Shown one piece after another: positions 1 through 13,921 of a stretch of DNA of 57,522 nt (the first letter of the stretch is position 1; each line of letters opens with the position of its first letter). The position numbers and the translations under genes are program-made. Under the pieces are notes generated by a model. The model did no database searches. It was not told the DNA's origin and saw only the letters and a program-made list of their open reading frames with translations. The DNA is from Octopus sinensis. Taxonomy: Eukaryota. The stretch spans positions 1 through 57,522 of the forward strand of contig NW_021834330.1 in NCBI RefSeq assembly GCF_006345805.1, written 5' to 3'.

Positions 1-290
1 TAAACTGTGGCCATTCTGGAGCACAGACTTGAATATTTTTAGTCGAACAAACCGACACTACAACTTACCTTTTTTACAATCGTGGTACTTTTCTATCGCA
101 TTTATTTACCGTACAGCTAATTAACGGGTACATAAACACACCAACACCGGACGTCAAGCAGTAAGGGAGGACAAGTCTATTGGCAAGGAATTGCTTGGCG
201 CCCGAAGTTATAGTAGAATACACTTGCTCAAGGTGCCACGAAGCGGAACTGATCTGAGAACTGCTTGGTTGCGAAGCAAACTTCTTACAT
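1..290 (-). mobile_element. Degenerate tRNA-derived SINE, family 1
   Basis: Decayed reverse-complement match to the 363-722 copy (tagtagaatacacttgctcaaggtgccacg, cataaacacaccaacacc). Confidence 0.6.
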
Positions 291-292
291 AT

Positions 293-325
<33 letters not shown>

Positions 326-362
326 ATATTACATATTATATTATATAAATAATATGTATACA

Positions 363-722
363 GGAGTGGCTGTGTGGCAAGTAGCTTGCTTCCCAATCAC
401 GTGGTTCCGGGTTCAGATCTTCTGCATGGCACCTTGGGCAAGTGTCCTCTACTATAGCCTCGACCTGACCAAAGCCTTGTGAGTGGATTTGGTAGACGGA
501 AACTGAAAGAAGCCCGTCGTATATATTTATGCGTGTGTGTGTTTGTGTGTCTGTATTTGTCCCCAAACATCGCTTTACAACAGATGGTGGTGGGTTTACG
601 TCCCTGTAACTTAGCGGTTCGGAAAGAGACTGATAGAATAAGTACTGGGCTTACAAATAGTAAGCTCTGGGTCGATTTGCTCCACTATAGTCCAATGACT
701 GAAACAAGTAAAAGAATAAAGA
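363..722 (+). mobile_element. tRNA-derived SINE, family 1, near full length
   Basis: A-box-like tggctgtgtggc, B-box-like ggttcagatct, body ggcaccttgggcaagtg...gaaactgaaagaagcccgtcg and tail tgactgaaacaagtaaaaga; recurs more than 12 times in the window. Confidence 0.85.
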
Positions 723-731
723 AATGTATGC

Positions 732-796
<65 letters not shown>

Positions 797-799
797 TAT

Positions 800-1222
800 A
801 TGGGTACAGGCCGTCACCAACCGTAAACAACAGTAAATACGAAAACAAATGAGTTCAATACGCAAACAACGAGAGAAGCAAATGGAAAACAGGACAAGTA
901 ACACAAAGAATGAGCCTTCATTAGTTATCTGCTGTCTATCTACTCCTCATTTCGAGCATTCAACAATATGAGTCTTCGAAGACAGTTGCTCCCATAAATA
1001 CCAAAATAAAATTTTGGATTTATGGAGGGTTAAATTTGGTAACTAAAACAGGACAGTGGAAGGAAACCGAACGAATACAAACATGGAGATGTACTTGTAT
1101 AGCAAGTGACTTGATCTGAGATCGTGTGCTGAAACAAAAACTATTGCAGCGTGGAAGATATTTATATGCCATTTAAGAACACACAAAAACAAAACCCGTT
1201 AGATTCATTTCAACATTTAAAA
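800..1222. repeat. Interspersed repeat, possibly PLE-associated; second copy at 28660-28856
   Basis: ctgtctatctactcctcatttcgagcatt...caatatgagtcttc is shared with 28790-28850. Confidence 0.55.
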
Positions 1223-1223
1223 T

Positions 1224-2990
1224 TCGCTAAGGAAACAGTCACAATACAATATAGAATATGACCATTGTTCCAAGGGAAAGACTCATTGACGGCAGACCCA
1301 GGAAGGACAGGTGAGATACTCAGGGAACAATTTAAAAGTGTATTCACTTCCACACTTCGACACAAGCAGAAAAAAATATCTGGCTGAATACTTTGATATT
1401 GCAGTTCTAGAAAAGGAGGCGCCAGCTATCGATTATATCAATATTGAGGAAACAGATGTAACAGCAACCATAGATGAAATGAGCTCATTCTCTTAAAGTC
1501 ATGTAAGCAGGCTTTAGCGAAACCACTTCAGATACTTTTCCAAAGCTTCCTTGCAATTGGTCTACTTCCTAAAAAGCTAAAAGAAGGCATTATATGCCCT
1601 ATCCACAAGAGTGGAAGCAGAGCCAAGGCCAAAAACTAGAGCCCAATTTCTCTGATTTCGCATGTTAGTAAAGTCGGGGAGCGAATCATCAGAAAGGGGT
1701 CGATAATGTTCCTAGAGGAAAATTACCTACTGAACAATACACAACATGGCTTCCGTCCAAGAAGAAGCTGCCTCACACAACTCCTACAGCACTATGACTG
1801 GGTTTTGAGGCAGCTGCTTGACCATTCAGATGTCAGTGTGATACACCTTGCCTTCGCAAAGACATTTGATAAGGTAGATCATGGCATGATAAGACATAAG
1901 CTACGGGACTTTGGCATTGTTGGTAAATTGGGAGAGTGGCTGCATGACTTCCTTAAAAAACAGAAGTCAAGTAGTTGCAGCCAATGGTGCCCTTTCTGAG
2001 GAAATTCAAATCCTAAGTGCTGTACCCCAGGGAACTATTCTGGGGCCATTATTGTTCATAATAGCCCTTATAGACTTGCCCCCGGTCACTTGGACAACCA
2101 CTGTCACTAGCTATACCGATGATACAAAATCATCACAGGCAATAAATAGCCAAGATGATGTCACAAGCTTACAGTGGGAACTAAATACAATATTCAAGTG
2201 GGCCGAAATAAACAACATGCAGTTTAATGCTGGAAAATTTCAAGCGCTGCACTATCGACTCACGAATACAGTACAATCTACATCTACAGGAGCCGAAAGC
2301 ACTACAATCCCAGAGTCACAGGCAGTGAAAGACTTGGAGATTAGTATATGCAATGACATTTAATTTTATATGCACATAAGGAAGATGGTAGCAAAGTGCA
2401 GACAATTGACACGATGGATACTGTTGTCCTTCAAGACAAGAGAATAAGAATCTATGTTGATCCTGTGGAGAAACTTTGTTCTCAGCCGCCTGGACTACTG
2501 CTCCCAGTTATGGTCACCACATAGTGCTAAACTAACAGTGGAGCTTGAAGCAGTCCAATACCACTACACTAAAAAGATTCAAACAGTGCAGTGGATGAGC
2601 TACAGGGATAGGTTGAGAAAACTACTGCTTTACTCCTTGGAGTGAAGGCGTGACAGATATGCAGTAATATACAAATGGAAAATCTTAGAAGGGCCAGTAC
2701 CTAACTTTGGCATTGAGTGTTATACAAATGCCAGAACTGGCCGCCATTGTATTGTACCAAAGGTCCCATCTAGTCCATCTATATCCAGGACTATGCACTG
2801 CAATAGTCTAGGGTTCAAAGCCTACAGCTCTTCAATACCCTGCCACAAAAATTTAAAAAATTACATAAGGTAGAAGTAGATGTCTTCAAAAAGGAACTAG
2901 ACACCCTCCTCTCCACAATATTGGATGAACCACAGCCCTATATGTGATACATGCGTGGATAGTGGAATCAGACTCCCTTATGTACCATCA
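1224..2990 (+). mobile_element. CR1/L2-like LINE reverse transcriptase remnant with frameshifts and stops
   Basis: Motifs CPIHKSGSRAKAKN*SPISL, QHGFRPRRSCLTQLL, AFAKTFDKVDHG, VPQGTILGPLLF, YTDDTK, LSRLDYCSQLWSPH, VFKKELD; spans ORFs 1706-1999, 1911-2363 and 2454-2645. Confidence 0.9.
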
Positions 2991-3137
2991 AATTTACTAA
3001 CAGCTGGGACAAAAGCATGTAGAAGAGTGGTGATGGGAAACACCCAGACTGAGGAAGGCAGAAAGACCATGGTGGTGCTCCAGCATGACCGCGGCTGCAT
3101 GGAGGAAACGAGTAAAAGAGTATATATATAAATATAT

Positions 3138-3192
<55 letters not shown>

Positions 3193-3291
3193 ACACTCAC
3201 ACGCACCCACATATATACATCTACGTACAAACGCATATTTATTATTAAGTCACTCAAACAACTCAACCAAAAGATAATCTGCAGCAGCAAG

Positions 3292-3293
3292 AA

Positions 3294-3333
<40 letters not shown>

Positions 3334-3397
3334 TGTAGTAGTAGTAGTGGTGGTGGTGGTGGCGGTGGTGGTGGTGGTGGTGGTGGTGGTAGTAGTT

Positions 3398-3428
<31 letters not shown>

Positions 3429-3441
3429 CAGCAGCAGCAGC

Positions 3442-3480
<39 letters not shown>

Positions 3481-3512
3481 TGTTGCTGTAGTAGTAGTAG
3501 TAGTAGTAGTAG
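3292..3512. repeat. (AGT)n/(GGT)n compound microsatellite
   Basis: Direct reading. Confidence 0.95.
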
Positions 3513-4139
3513 ATAAAAACATTTAATTTTCCTGGCATGTTAAAAAAATACACAAAGATATAGACGAACAGGCGCTGCGGAACGCTCACCTACAGAACGA
3601 CATACAGACACACGTATGATATAATGTACGTATATATGTACGTATGTATGTATGTATGTATGTATGTATGTACGTATGTATGTATGTATGTATGTATGTA
3701 TGTATGTATAATATAATGTGTGTATGTATTACAGCGAGCTTAATGAAATTACAGTTATTTCCAAGAGTGAATCTATCAGCTCTCAATCTAAAAAATTCAA
3801 CTGATACAAAATGGAGTGCATCCTTCATTTGCATTCGATTTCTGTAAACTATTTACCTCTTCTCCTTGATTGAATGGTTGCTTTCTTATACATGCCTTTG
3901 TTCATCTCAATAAAACACGTTCCATCATATAGGCTTTCATTGACAATGACCGCCATTTTGCTTTTATTCTACGCTATATACATACTAAAAATACAATCAC
4001 ATATACGTAGATATATATAAGATGAGAGATACATACGTAGTCACGTACAGACATACGTGTTGGCACACACTGGTATATCTATGTATATATACAAATACAG
4101 ACACACGCATACACACAAATATAAATTGATAGTTAGTGA

Positions 4140-4142
4140 GAT

Positions 4143-4179
<37 letters not shown>

Positions 4180-4242
4180 CACAGACAGGTAAATAGTAGA
4201 TAGATAGACAGACAGACAGATAAGTAGATAGATAGATCGATG

Positions 4243-4317
<75 letters not shown>

Positions 4318-4325
4318 TGATATAG
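4140..4325. repeat. (GATA)n microsatellite
   Basis: Direct reading. Confidence 0.95.
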
Positions 4326-5068
4326 ACACACACTAAAAATAGACATACATATATATATGTATATATGTGTGTACGTTTGTATGTATATATATATATATAT
4401 ATTATATTTATATATATGCATACGTCTATTATATACACACACATACACATACACGCGCGCACACACACACGCACACACGCACACACAAACACACACGTAT
4501 ATATGTATGTATGTATATGCGCACGCCTGTATGTGTGTATGATGTGGCTGCGAAACAGCCGTCACCCTATGGATATCAACTTGTGAAATAATTATATTCA
4601 TCTCATACCTCCTAATTTTATTTATATTCTATTTACTTTATATATTTATGTACATAGAAACTTACGTACGTACGTATATATAAATGTATATATGTATACA
4701 TGCATGTATGTACGTACTTACGTACGTGTATATGTATGTATGTATATACTGTTATGAACATAAATTTACGTATACATTCAAAGAAACTCATGTGTATGTA
4801 TATCTATATCCATATATATATATAAAAATGTAATGCATAAATATGTATATGTATATACAATGTTATGCATACGTAAGTGCGTATAGACATGGATGCATAT
4901 TTACAGCCATACATTCATAAAAAAACACGAACACATATATAGTCGTACCTAGAAACTTTCATAAGGGCACATACATTGAGAAATACACACACACACACAC
5001 ATGCACATCCGGTCATATATACGATAGACTTAACATACATACATATATAAACATCATGCTTGCACATA

Positions 5069-5294
5069 CATGATCTGATCAATAAGTATTCGGACTGTTG
5101 CTATAGTAACGAAGCGAAAGCACAGACAGTAAAGCCACTGGGTACAAATTGACTTTAAACACTGCTGTGTATGCGCACTACGTTTTAACGTTCTACCTTA
5201 CTTCCGCTGTTTACAGCAGTGCTTGGAAGGAAGGTGTGTAGCGTGTGATCGTCGCACTGAATATGACAGAGAAAGCTGAGCAGAGAATCTACAT
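5069..5294 (+). mobile_element. Mariner-like transposon 5' fragment (TIR and transposase start)
   Basis: TA followed by catgatctgatcaataagtattcggactgttgc, then MTEKAEQRIYI, which resembles the mariner N-terminus M..K.EQR.CIKF. Confidence 0.6.
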
Positions 5295-5549
5295 TCATAC
5301 TTACATATACATACAGTTTTGTCCATCATCCGCTGATTCATGGTCACAGACATATGCAGACATATTCACGCTTTTAGAAATATTAGGTCTTTTTCTTTAT
5401 TTTACTAGGATCAATTCTTTAGGATTTATTTTTGCTTGTGATTACACAGAAGGAATGTATTCCGTTAATATTGTAAAAGATTACGATTTCAGTACATTTA
5501 TGCAAACATCAGATTCACAGTCACTCATCACCATGACTCAAAAAAATCT

Positions 5550-5586
<37 letters not shown>

Positions 5587-6265
5587 CACACACACACACA
5601 CCACACACACCACATCACACCCACCCACACACCACATGCACACCACACCACCACACCACACATGCACACACACACACACACACACGCACACACAACACAC
5701 ACAACACACACACACACACACACCTGCACACACGCACACACACACACACACACACACACGCCGCGCACACACACACACACACACATGCACACACACACAC
5801 ACACACACGCACACACACACGCACACCACACACACACATGCACACCACACCACACACACACACATGCACACACACACACATGCACACCACACCACACACA
5901 CACACATGCACACACACGCACACACACACACGCACACACACACGCACACACACACACACACATGCACACCACACCACCACACACATGCACACACACGCAC
6001 ACACACACACACGCACACACACACGCACACACCACACCACATGCACACACACACACACGCACACACACGCACACACACACACCACACACATGCACACCAC
6101 ACCACACACACACACACACATGCACACACACACACATGCACCCCCCACAACCACACACACACACATGCACACACACACACACACACACATGCACACACAC
6201 GCACACACACACACACACATACACACACACACACACATGCACACACACACACACGCCACATATAC
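5550..6265. repeat. Degenerate (CA)n tract, about 700 bp
   Basis: Direct reading; source of the HT/CV pseudo-ORFs. Confidence 0.95.
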
Positions 6266-6567
6266 ATACACATGCATGCATACATGTTTTATAAGCGCGT
6301 GCATGTATTCATATGTGTGTACTTATTTATGTAGATTTCTACACACAAACACGTTGCCGTACACACACAGGCGCACACAGACATATACACGCGCGCGTGT
6401 GTGTGTATACATTTATACAAATAAATGTATATACAAATATATATGTATATGTATCACTCCTTGGGTATGTTTCCTCTCTCTCTATTTTTGTCCGACTCTC
6501 TTTCTTCCCTCTCTTTCTCTCTCTCACTCTATCTCCACACAGACAGACAGACAGACACTCACACACA

Positions 6568-6611
<44 letters not shown>

Positions 6612-6956
6612 AAAGCACATTTGATTTATATTAAAAGTCACAAAATCTCAGTCTGAACGATTTTTCTTACTATCACTTCTTTGTAAATAAAAGTTCATTT
6701 CATTGCCATTTTATATTTCATTTATGCCACAATCGTATGTTAAGAACAACAATATCACTATGCATAAACTAATCTTTGATTTGCCTTCAGACTTAATCAA
6801 AATTTGGTCAGTAGGTCGTTGAAAAATGTTTTAGACGGCAGCCATGCTGGGGCACCACACTGAAGAACATTTAGTCAGATGCATTGACACCCCCGGTACT
6901 TATATTATATATATATATATATAGATATATATACATATATATATTATATATATATA

Positions 6957-7003
<47 letters not shown>

Positions 7004-7044
7004 CACATATACATACATATATATATCTATATATAAATGTGACT

Positions 7045-7420
7045 GTGTGGTCTTGGGTCGACCAAAGTTTGCAGGGGAATTTGGAAGATTGAAACTGAAA
7101 GAAGCAGGTCGTATTTACATATGTATCTATGTGTGTGTGTTTGTATTTGTCCCCCACCACCACCACCACCACTATCGCCGCTTGACAACTGGTGTGGGTG
7201 TGTTTAGGTCCCCCGAAACTTAGCGCTTCGACGAAAGAGAACCGATAGAATAAGTACCAGGCTTTTGAAGAAAAATAATAAGTTTTGTGGCGGAGCGGGG
7301 ATGTCAATTTGTTCGAATAAAATCCTTCGAAGCGGTGCGCCAGCATGGCCGCAGTCAAATGACTGAAATAAATAAAAGAATGGTACACAACGGGATTCTT
7401 TACTGTTTCCGTCTTTGAAA
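7045..7420 (+). mobile_element. SINE family 1, 5'-truncated
   Basis: gaaactgaaagaagcaggtcg...ccagcatggccgcagtcaaatgactgaaa. Confidence 0.75.
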
Positions 7421-7444
7421 ACCACTCTCTAGGTTTCGGTCGTA

Positions 7445-7555
7445 CCGAGGCTAGAGTAGAAGATACTTGCTTAAGGTGTTACGCAGTGGAACTGAACCCA
7501 AGACAAAATGGTTGGGAAGCAAGTTTCTTCACCACACAGCCAATACTTCGCCTAC
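7445..7555 (-). mobile_element. SINE family 1, head fragment
   Basis: Reverse complement of the head: actgaaccc...cttcaccacacagcca. Confidence 0.65.
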
Positions 7556-7915
7556 ACCATAATTTATTCACGAACATCCAAATAAATTTCGTACAGGAGT
7601 GTAAAAATTGTTAAATGGATTCCCGCCCATTTATATTCAAATGAACTATTCAAATTTTACGCATTTATTTTATTTTATTTCATTGCTGTGTGAAGCAATG
7701 TCACAGAATTCTTTGGCTTGCGTCAAATACAAGAGAAGAAGTAAATTCTTTGGTGTCTGTGATGACATGCAACACAGCGCTTCCAGCTATTTCAATTCAG
7801 GTCTTGTAACTGACACAAGCGTAGAATTTTTGTACATATAATTTCAATATATTGAAAGAGATTTATACGCAATACATCTATTTACACCTGTATATATACA
7901 TACATACATACATGT

Positions 7916-8107
7916 GGAGGTACATGGCCTAGTGGTTAGAGCAGCGGACCTCGCGGTCGAGGGATCGCGGGTTCGAATCTCAGACCGGCCGATGTGTGTG
8001 TTTATGGGCGAAACACCTAAGCTCCCCACGGCACCGGCAGAAGGTAATGTAGAACCTCTGTTGATTCTTTCACCACAACTTTCTCTTACACGTCTCACAA
8101 CTTTCTT
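7916..8107 (+). mobile_element. tRNA-derived SINE, family 2
   Basis: A-box tggcctagtggtt and B-box gggttcgaatct; body aaacacctaagctcc...cggcag shared with 10731-10802 and 32946-33241. Confidence 0.8.
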
Positions 8108-8109
8108 GA

Positions 8110-9130
8110 ATATATATAAACACACACACATACACATACACACACATACGCACACACACATACATACATACACCCATACACATACACGCACACATACCTA
8201 CATACTCCTATACGCACATACATACACACAGACATACACACATACACACTCACACAAACATAGATACACACATACTTACACACACACTCGCCTGCACGCG
8301 CACACACATGCATGACAAACACCCATACACTCACACTCACATACGCACACACCAACATAAACACGCACACGCACACACACACCTACACTCCCACACACAT
8401 ACATACGCACCTACATACACACACGCACGCATACACACGCACACACACGCATACACACATAAATTACACACTACACACACACCTACATACACATGCATAC
8501 ATACACACACACAAACATGCACGGACACACCCAGACATACATACATACACCTATATACACACGCCCATACACCTACATACAACACACATACATACACCAT
8601 ACACGGACACACCCATACATACTTACATACATACACCTATACACACACGCCTACACCTACATACCACACATGCATACACACAACCATGTACGCACATACA
8701 CACACATATACGCACATACATATATACCCACACACATGCACACACACACACACATACGCACATGCATGCATGCATGCACACGCGCACACCTACACGCATA
8801 CACACACACACGCACGTACACATACATACATACACACACACATACATACACCCATACACATACATGTATCCTACACACACATACATACACACTCACCATA
8901 CATACACACACACACCTCACTCACACACCACCTGTATGTACGCGCACACACATGCACATACACACACTCCACACACCCACACGTACATACATACACACTC
9001 ATACACATACAGACCACACACAACGGACATACATCTATGCACACACGTATATACACACATACTCACATACATTCATCGGACACACTGACACCCAGACATA
9101 CACACAGACACACTCACACATCCACACACA
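8110..9130. repeat. Degenerate (CA)/(CATA) tract, about 1 kb
   Basis: Direct reading. Confidence 0.95.
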
Positions 9131-9199
9131 TACATACTTACGGCGCATACTCGCAGGCGCGCGCACACCGCGCTTGCGCCGGTTCGCGCACGCATACGC

Positions 9200-10050
9200 G
9201 CTGCATGCACCTCGCTCTTGGACCGACGAGACCTCTTCGCTCGTTCCTGGGACCGTCGCTTGTCGTTGGGTTTTCCCACGCCCGTCTCCGCGGGACCACT
9301 CTTCCATCTTCCCCTCAGCTGGAGTCCTTTTTCCTTAACCCCCCCTTTTTTGTTACACAGACGCGCACACATATACACACCCACTCACACACACACATTG
9401 CTTAAATACATACATTACTCTTACACACATTCAATCTACTCGCCATTAATACTACCACGACACTGGACACACACACACACTACTACTCAACACACGCTGG
9501 CACGCTACATACGCCCCCACCTCTTCCCCTCCCTCCCTTCCTCCTTCCTTCTTTTTCTTACTACTGACCACTGTCTGCTATGCCTACTACTGTCTCGCCC
9601 TACCTCACACGCCTACACACAGACGCACACACTAACACATACATATATTTTTTTGTTTTTTTATCTCGCCTCACACACACATACACACACGCACACGCAC
9701 ACACTCACACATACACACACGCACACGCACACACTCACACATACACACACATCTGTTGCGTTACCAACCCTGTCTCCACTCTTTTGGCTTTAAAAACCTA
9801 CTTTGCTCTTGTTATCGTAAACTTCCGCCTTTCACCATGTGTAACTCGTAAACACCAGTCGTTTCTTTTCCCTCCATCTCCTGTTGCCCGCTTTGGGATC
9901 TTTCTTTCCTCTCTCTTCCTTCTTATGTTTTCCGACGAAGAGCTCCGCTCGAAACGTCATACCTTCCTGCTTCCATATTTCCACGAGCGCCCATTAATAA
10001 TAATACTGTAATTGTTCCATTGTTGTTGTTTTTTTTGTTTTCCCGTTTGG
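9200..10050 (+). mobile_element. Penelope-like element 3' remnant with HHR-like motif
   Basis: cacgcccgtctccgc...ccatcttc resembles the GIY-YIG tail at 15790-15830; HHR-like ccgacga-a-gagc-tcc-gctc-gaaacgtc at 9932-9958. Confidence 0.5.
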
Positions 10051-10058
10051 ATTAAAAT

Positions 10059-10116
<58 letters not shown>

Positions 10117-10155
10117 GATATATATATACAACTATGGCTTAACTCTTCTCACACC

Positions 10156-10198
10156 GTCTCCGATGAAGGGATATATAAAATATCCCGGAACAGCTGTA
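10156..10198 (+). ncRNA. Degenerate hammerhead motif, same family as 22213-22260
   Basis: gtct-ccgatga-a-gggatat-ataaa-atatccc-g-gaa-cagctg-ta; lacks one A of GAAA and the 3' strand of stem I. Confidence 0.45.
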
Positions 10199-10294
10199 TC
10201 ATAACCTATATATATTGTTATATATACGTATATATATGTATGTATATATATATATTATTATATCTCGGAATGTTCATAAATGTTCATATATACA

Positions 10295-10710
10295 TTTCTT
10301 TTATTTACTTTTATTTGTTTCAGTCATTTGACTGCTCCATGCTGGAGCATCACCTTTAGTCGCAGAAATCGGTTCCGAGACTTATTCTTTGTGAGCGTAA
10401 TACTTATGCCATCGGTCTCTTTTGCAGAATGGTTAAATTACATAAAAACACCAACATCGTTTGTCAAGTGATTATGGGGGGACAAACACAGACATACAAA
10501 CACATACACACATACACATCCCACACACGCACCCACTCACACACATGCACACATATACAAGCTTCTTTCAGTTTCCGTCTACATAATCCACTCACAAAGG
10601 TTCGGTTGGCCCGCGACTATAGTAGAGGACACTTACCAAGGAGTCACGTAGTGGGACTGAACAGAGAACCATGTGGCTAATAAGCAATCTACTTACCACA
10701 CAGCCACTTC
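10295..10710 (-). mobile_element. SINE family 1, full length
   Basis: Reverse complement of head (ccacacagccact), body and tail (tttcagtcatttgactg). Confidence 0.8.
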
Positions 10711-11091
10711 TGCGCCTTTATATATATTATGAGCAAAACACCTAAGCTCCACGCGGCTCCGGCAGAAAGTAATGGAGAATTTCTGCTGATTCTTTCGCCA
10801 CACATATATATATACATATATATATAATATAATATAATTAATATATATATATATATATATGCATATATACATACATATATGTACATACCTTCATATATAT
10901 GTTTATATACATGCATATATGGGTACAGGACATAAAAACAAAACGTTGAACGCAATGAGAAACAAAAACATAAAAACAAAAACATAGAAAACGAACTTAT
11001 GAGAGGAGACAGGTATTAGCACGTGTTGTCTTTAGAAAGGAAATGGGCAGAAAGATAGATTCCCTTTCGTCACGTGTCAACCAGAAGAACG

Positions 11092-11123
<32 letters not shown>

Positions 11124-12411
11124 ATACATATATATATATGCGCCCTTTTCAAGCCTAGCCAGGCTTATGGGCTCGGTTTCTATGGCGCATGTGTGACTTC
11201 ATAGTTACCACAGATCGTGATAAATACAATAGGCACCGAGTGAGGTTTAGCTGGGCTTAGCCAAAAAGAGCGGAAAGCCATGAAAGTGTTCTATTCTCAT
11301 GCATTCAGCGTCGTAACATTCCTTGATATGTAGATCTATGATCGACGGCTCTTACCACCGATAGAAGGATCCAGTCCTTGACTGGTTCCTTCGTAGATAT
11401 TGATCCTTTATAAGTGATGACTGTTTTCCACTTTCTGGTAGTTATGAAAAAATTAATAGCACGATAAATACGTTTGAGAGGGATGAGAACAGAATTTTAT
11501 CTCTCTCCCCTTCAATCCGGATAAAACAAAGCACCTCTGTGGTAGCAGAGGAAAATCCTAGTGACTAACAAGAAATGGTCTCATGACAAAATAATTTATT
11601 TTAAAACAAAATTATAGGCTTGGAGATATGTTTAAGGAACAAACAGAAGAAATGCAAGTATACACATCTAGGCAGACGCATTGAAACGCAAAAGCAATTG
11701 CAGTCAACGTGTTAACTTAATGAAATATGAGAGCAATAAAAATCAGAGAAATTCGTTCTTTTGCTAGCGTTGCGAGTCATAGAGAAGTAATGGATACGAG
11801 TGAAAGGGCATATTCCAAACAGGTAGAAAGTATGTGTGTGTGTCTGTCTGTATGTATATTGGTTTATATGTATACGTGTTTCTTCCCATGTGTGTGTGCT
11901 TCGCTCGCGCGCACTTGTATGTCTATTCTTGCTTTGGAGATGAATGGAACCCGCCAGACTTAAATTGCCCAAAGTTTCTACGATTCCAGCAAAGAGTTGA
12001 GGGCCAAAGATGCACATATGCACACGCACGCACATGCACACACACACCACACAAACTCACACACACACACGCGCGCGCGCACGCAGGTATATGTGTGCGT
12101 GTGTGTGTGCACGTGTGTTATACATATATATATTTAAAGCATTGAAGTAGAAGCATGTTTATTCATTAACACTCGGGTATCTATATGTAAGTATTTATGC
12201 AAGCATCTGAGTGTGTGTATTGTTCGTGTTTGTTTCCATGAGTCTATAGGCGGAGAAATATAGAAGGAGAAAGAGAGAGTGAGGGGGAGGGAGAGGTAGA
12301 GAGAGAGAGACAGACAGACTTTGTGAGAAGGAGATGAAATAATACGAAATATTCTGCATATACGATTCCTGTACATTTGATAGGAAGGAAATCGAAATAT
12401 ACATATCATGC

Positions 12412-12484
<73 letters not shown>

Positions 12485-13179
12485 GTATATATATATATAT
12501 ATTCATACATATATACATACATACATACAACATCTGTATATATGAGAAACTACTTTCCAATATATGCGACGCACAGTAACATGCACACATACACAATTAC
12601 ACAGTCTCACACAGATATATACTCACATTAAAAGTATGATTATAAGCGCACACATTTATATATACGCACTCACAAACATACAATAATATACATATATATA
12701 TATATATATATTCATATATATATGTAAATCCCTATGTATATATATATATATATATAAATACGTATGTATATATATATTTATACATCCACTTGTATGCTTA
12801 TATGTGAACATGTATATATATATACATATATATATATATGTGTGTGTATGTGTGTGTGTGTGGTGTGTGTGTGTGTGTATGTATGTATGTATATGTATAC
12901 ATATATATATTAAACATATACACACCATTATGTATGTACATACGTATCAAAATGAAGGTGCGGTGTTTTTATTCACTAACATATAAAAAGTTTGATTACT
13001 TTTCGTTCCGCCATCGCTGGAAACCTCTCGACGATGCTTTTCATTAAATATTTTTTTGTGAATGATTTTTGTTTGTATATAAGAATTTCGTTCTTTTTCT
13101 TTTTCTTTTCTCTTTTCTTGGTTTGTCATTCTCTATCTCGTTCTTGGTTTCATTTTAGCTATTTATCGCTTTTATCTTG

Positions 13180-13210
<31 letters not shown>

Positions 13211-13213
13211 CTA

Positions 13214-13267
<54 letters not shown>

Positions 13268-13328
13268 ACACTCAATACGAGAGACTACATATGTATAAGT
13301 TTATACATATATATATATATATATTATA

Positions 13329-13391
<63 letters not shown>

Positions 13392-13680
13392 CTATATATA
13401 TAAGTATATAGAAATATGTATATATTCATATACCTATAACAGAAATATTGAGTAGAAACGTAATATATAGATTAAAAACGAATACTTATAAATACACACA
13501 CACACATATTTATATGTATATATGTACGTATTTACATGCATATACATATGTGTGTATATATATGTTTGTGGGTATATATATATATATGTGTATAAATGTA
13601 CAGCGGCTGTCACTGTGAAGTGATCTGATATGAATGGAAATAAGAATATCGAAAATAAAGGTTAACAAATACATACATAC

Positions 13681-13726
<46 letters not shown>

Positions 13727-13877
13727 GAGGGAGTGAGAGAGCGACAGACATAGATAGATGATAGATAGCATCATATATATAAATATATGAAAATACATAT
13801 ATATGTATATATATTATATATATATATACAATATATATATATATATATATATATACTATATGTACATATCTATATAT

Positions 13878-13921
<44 letters not shown>

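Noticed and set aside
5245-6294. 349-aa ORF and overlapping HT/CV ORFs
   Set aside because: A mariner fragment fused to a (CA)n tract; dinucleotide repeats lack stops in all frames.
8308-9405. 365-aa His/Thr-rich ORF
   Set aside because: Degenerate CA/CATA microsatellite with no domain.
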